Shown: positions 25,279 to 28,801 of the stretch, one piece after another | Numbering within the stretch: position 1 is the first letter of the stretch | How the letters are laid out: each line of letters starts with the position of its first letter | Source: an uncultured bacterium | GTDB lineage: Bacteria; JAJVIF01; JAPKYR01 | Assembly (NCBI GenBank): GCA_965369865.1 | Contig: CBDURU010000035.1 | Span: forward strand, 1-28,801 | Direction: 5' to 3' | Length of the DNA stretch: 28,801 bases | Notes under the pieces: generated by a model | Seen by the model: the letters and a program-made list of their open reading frames with translations, nothing else | Told to the model about the DNA's origin: nothing | Database searches by the model: none | Made by a program: the position numbers and the translations under genes

Positions 25279-27774
25279 ATGCTTGTGCAGTTCGAACAGT
25301 CCGGGGGGATGCTTGCTCTCACGTTCTTTGAGTTCGTGATGGTGTGTGTTGGGCTTTTCTATGTAATCCTCGAATCCAGTCGCCAGAAGCAGGCCGATTA
25401 CGGAACGCTCACATGGGGACTCACCGCCTATTTCGGGGCACTTATTGTCGAGATTCTCCAGAACCCAAGCTTAGGGTCCGTGCCAATCCTGTATGCGCCA
25501 TTCTGGGGAGTTCTGAGTAATGCACTTGCTGCAGGTGGTCTGCTATTACTCGTTCATGGGCTGGTTACGCGGAGGCTTTCGGACCGCACGCATTTTCAGA
25601 TCGTCATTAAATGGGTAGCCGTCACGATCTCGGCCAGTTTTATTATTGTTGGGATCCTTTCGGCTCTCCTGACCGAATTCGCCCAGGGGGGATTCCTGGA
25701 GGGTTATTTTTCCGCGGGACGTCAGCACCGGGTTTTCGCGTGGGAAATTGTATTCGCGGTACAGGTGACTTTCCTCCTTGTCTACGCATCCGTCACCCTT
25801 GCTACCCAGGCTACCGGTAAATACCTTTATGCGCAGGGTTTCATAATGTTTATGGCGTTCGGACGCCTGGCGTACATGGCATCTCTCATTACAGATATTA
25901 CACCTGGGCTGGAAACGGCACTTCCAATAACCATTGTAAGCCTGGTCGATCCTATTGGCTTTCTCCTTCTTGTAATGGCCATCAATCAGATTATCGCTGA
26001 GGATCTCCAGCAGGTTAATCTGCAATTAATGAGAAGAACCGAACTCCTTGAAGACGCTACCAGGTCGTTATCGAAATTAAATCAGCTTTCAATTAATCTC
26101 CTTAAGACAACCCATATTCCTGATATCACCGAGGCCATCCTCGCCGGGCTTGCGGACGAATTCGGGCTTCCCCATGCATTCTTACTGTTCCTCGATCGTG
26201 AAACGAAAGTCCTTAAAGGTATTCGTCTCGATTCAAATGGCATTGCGTATCATTTCATGGACATCGATATGCGCCAGGATCATTTTCTCAAGGATGCCAT
26301 GCTTAAAGCAAAAAGCCTTTTCTTTGGCGATGGCTCCAGGAATCCGGATCTTGATTTCATCAGGAACTACAACCTCTCGAAAAACCTTGTCACCGTCCCG
26401 CTTCTGACGAAAAAGGAAAAAGCATGTTACGAAATATATGACTGCGACAAGGTCAGTTGCCCGGTACAGGCGTTCGGATGGAACACGTGCTGGCTCTGTA
26501 AGGAAGAATGCCCGTTCTATTCAAAAGAACAGGTCGAGGATTTTACTGAATGCGTGAGTTGTAAGGCATTTAATCTTGTGGGTCTCCTCGTCATCGACAA
26601 CAGGAATTTAAAGAAACATCGTGTGAATGAGAAAAACCTTGCGTTCATTGAAACGTTCGCCAACCTGGCGGGTATGACGCTGCACAACGCTATGCTGCTT
26701 GATGATCTGTCCCACGAGGTCACGTTCAGGGAAAGAACTTTCAAGAGTCTTCCCAGTGGCGTTATGGTTATTGATGAACGCGGCCTTATTCAGTCCTTAA
26801 ACCCGTCTCTCCTTGTAATCCTGGAAATAGAGAATAAGGATGTCACAGGGATCCCCTTCGAGGCTGTGCGGCTTGTTAATGATGAGGAACGCTTTCATGA
26901 AATTGTTAATTCTGTACTTTCAGAAGGATCGAACTACGAAGGTATTGGCGAATCCTGGGCACTCACACTCGCGTCGAGATCGTTGAAGCTGAATATCAAG
27001 GTAAATCCTCTGCCCGGAACAATGAATCGTCATGGAGCGGTTATTCTGTTCGAGGATATCACGGAAGTTACGGAACTCCAGAACCAGCTTTTCCAAACTG
27101 AAAAACTAGCTACCCTCGGTCAGGTGGCGGCAGGTATCGCACATGAGGTAAATAACCCACTCGCCGGCGTTTCAGGATTCCTCCAGGTTATGGCAAGCCG
27201 CCTCCCGGAAGACAGTCCTGAACGCTCCGCTATGCAGGCTGCCCTTTCAAACATCAACCGCGCGTCAGGGACAATTAAAGACCTTCTTAAGTTCGCACGG
27301 CTCGGTCCCGCGCAGAAACGGCCGATCAGGTTGAATGAGGTTCTCGGTGAAAGCCTTGTGTTCGTCAAATTCCAGAGGGAGCACGAGAATATTGAGATTG
27401 TGGATAACATCCGTGATGACCTTCCCGAGGTTATTATCGATCCGGACCAGCTCCGCCAGGTATTCACAAACCTTGTCCTGAACGCGCTGCAGGCGATGGG
27501 TGACGAAGGCACACTGACCGTCAGCACAATTTCAGCCAATGGGGTAGTGCGCACGTTTATCGAGGATACCGGCGATGGAATTCCAGAGGAAAATTTCGAG
27601 CTTATTTTCGAGCCCTGGTTTACTACCAAGCAGGCAAAGGGTACCGGACTCGGCCTGATTAACTGCGAGAAAATTATTAAGGATCATGGCGGTACACTCG
27701 CATTTTCATCTGTTTACGGCCAGGGCACAATATTTATTGTCGATTTACCAATTGAGGAAGATGAAGAGGAATAA
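25279..27774 (+). CDS. Membrane sensor histidine kinase (about 7 TM, GAF with Cys-rich insert, PAS, HisKA, HATPase; NtrB/AtoS class)
   Basis: EKLATLGQVAAGIAHEVNNPL, QVFTNLVLNALQAM, DTGDGI, IFEPWFTTK, GTGLGL. Confidence 0.93.
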   Translation: MLVQFEQSGGMLALTFFEFVMVCVGLFYVILESSRQKQADYGTLTWGLTAYFGALIVEILQNPSLGSVPILYAPFWGVLSNALAAGGLLLLVHGLVTRRLSDRTHFQIVIKWVAVTISASFIIVGILSALLTEFAQGGFLEGYFSAGRQHRVFAWEIVFAVQVTFLLVYASVTLATQATGKYLYAQGFIMFMAFGRLAYMASLITDITPGLETALPITIVSLVDPIGFLLLVMAINQIIAEDLQQVNLQLMRRTELLEDATRSLSKLNQLSINLLKTTHIPDITEAILAGLADEFGLPHAFLLFLDRETKVLKGIRLDSNGIAYHFMDIDMRQDHFLKDAMLKAKSLFFGDGSRNPDLDFIRNYNLSKNLVTVPLLTKKEKACYEIYDCDKVSCPVQAFGWNTCWLCKEECPFYSKEQVEDFTECVSCKAFNLVGLLVIDNRNLKKHRVNEKNLAFIETFANLAGMTLHNAMLLDDLSHEVTFRERTFKSLPSGVMVIDERGLIQSLNPSLLVILEIENKDVTGIPFEAVRLVNDEERFHEIVNSVLSEGSNYEGIGESWALTLASRSLKLNIKVNPLPGTMNRHGAVILFEDITEVTELQNQLFQTEKLATLGQVAAGIAHEVNNPLAGVSGFLQVMASRLPEDSPERSAMQAALSNINRASGTIKDLLKFARLGPAQKRPIRLNEVLGESLVFVKFQREHENIEIVDNIRDDLPEVIIDPDQLRQVFTNLVLNALQAMGDEGTLTVSTISANGVVRTFIEDTGDGIPEENFELIFEPWFTTKQAKGTGLGLINCEKIIKDHGGTLAFSSVYGQGTIFIVDLPIEEDEEE

Positions 27775-27870
27775 GACGCTTTGAATTCATGGAAAGGCGT
27801 CCCTGAATCTAAGATTGGAATAAGAAATACCCTCGGGGAAAATAGTTAATCAGGAAACGATTCAAAAATA

Positions 27871-27879
27871 TGGTATAAT
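27871..27879 (+). promoter_or_regulatory. Extended -10 promoter TGGTATAAT
   Basis: TG-n-TATAAT about 75 nt upstream of the ATG at 27953. Confidence 0.5.
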
Positions 27880-27952
27880 AACCGTGAAATCAATCGGACG
27901 GAAAATTAGCCGTTTGATTCTAATATTGGTAAAACAACCTGGGAGGATGCTG

Positions 27953-28801
27953 ATGAAAGCCACACATTTATGGGTTGTTCTTGTTGCATTGTTGTTGTTA
28001 ATCGGATGCGGTAAATCTCATGACCCGATCTCAAGCGGGGTCGATGGAGATGCTATGTCCGCGACAACGCCGCAATCGTCTCATTCCGGCACTGGAAATC
28101 GAGTCGTCTGGGGACTTTGGAAAATCAGCATTTCCGCCGATCGAAGTACTATCGAAGTTGTTCCGGACCGCATAGGCGCAATGCATTTTAACATAGTTCA
28201 ACTGCTGGAATACCACCCGTGCTCTAACTGCCTGAAATTCAGCAACGTAAAACTGTTTCCCAATGGCGAATTGAGTGTCGATCTCACAGTGATCCATCCG
28301 TTTCCCGGGCTTCTCCAGTATACAGGATTCGATTTGCGGGGTGTGATCATTTCCGGGGCAGGTTATACTTTCCCTGTGAGCGGGAGAAGCATCGCGCAGG
28401 GCGACGATATCCTCACGGTGCTGAACTCCGACGGTTACACGCACTTGTTCAACCCGACCGATTTCCCACCGACCATCCCGCCGATTCTCGGGTACATACC
28501 CGGCCACATGGCGCCCGGCGGCGATCTGTCCGCGACATTGAATCCCTTCTTCGCGTACGAGCAGGATCAGCCCCGACGCATGTTCCTGCCCGGCACTGTG
28601 AGCACACGGACGATTCGGGTTCACATACCCGACGGCCCGCTCGAGTTCGGTTACGCCGTCGATGTCTCATGGTTCCCGGCGGATGGGGAAGTGACCGATC
28701 CTGAGAAAGACTTCCCACCGGAAGCGAACGCATTCGAGGCGTACAGGATCAGTGTCGTGGTCGGCGAGGAACCGTGCCCGGTCGCGCGAGATGAGGAAGT
28801 C
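27953..28801 (+). CDS. Large lipoprotein, truncated by the window end; N-terminal domain paralogous to 8539..11958
   Basis: Absent from the ORF track because there is no stop in the window. GGAGG SD at 27942; MKATHLWVVLVALLLLIGC lipobox; frame open to the end. Confidence 0.85.
   Translation, partial: MKATHLWVVLVALLLLIGCGKSHDPISSGVDGDAMSATTPQSSHSGTGNRVVWGLWKISISADRSTIEVVPDRIGAMHFNIVQLLEYHPCSNCLKFSNVKLFPNGELSVDLTVIHPFPGLLQYTGFDLRGVIISGAGYTFPVSGRSIAQGDDILTVLNSDGYTHLFNPTDFPPTIPPILGYIPGHMAPGGDLSATLNPFFAYEQDQPRRMFLPGTVSTRTIRVHIPDGPLEFGYAVDVSWFPADGEVTDPEKDFPPEANAFEAYRISVVVGEEPCPVARDEEV

Overview
Bacterial chromosomal window of moderate GC, probably from a poorly characterised lineage rich in large lipoproteins; the taxon cannot be fixed from the sequence. 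Recognisable genes: metK (behind a SAM-I riboswitch), a Zn-dependent ADH, a RidA-family protein, a PilB/GspE ATPase, a divergent YchF, pdxT, hpf, mreB and mreC. Envelope genes: a flippase, a GT-C glycosyltransferase, a polyprenol/phytol-kinase-like protein, a TolB-like protein and several lipoproteins. Most notable observations: (1) a TRAP/MtrB-like protein that keeps the RNA-binding residues but has lost the tryptophan pocket, divergent from an orphan sensor kinase with a Cys-rich insert in its GAF domain; (2) a DUF4436-like membrane protein with pentameric ligand-gated channel (Pro-loop) motifs between mreB and mreC; (3) a ~1.75-kb two-lipoprotein islet at the 3' end of adh, flanked by a 157-bp direct repeat and with a poly-T tract in its promoter spacer; (4) two paralogous large lipoproteins sharing an N-terminal domain I do not recognise and a similarly placed upstream motif, one ending in a TlpA thioredoxin on a PKD stalk; (5) a SAM-I aptamer lacking the canonical kink-turn. 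No tRNA, rRNA, CRISPR array, integrase or transposase was seen. All family assignments come from motif recognition by eye, not database searches.
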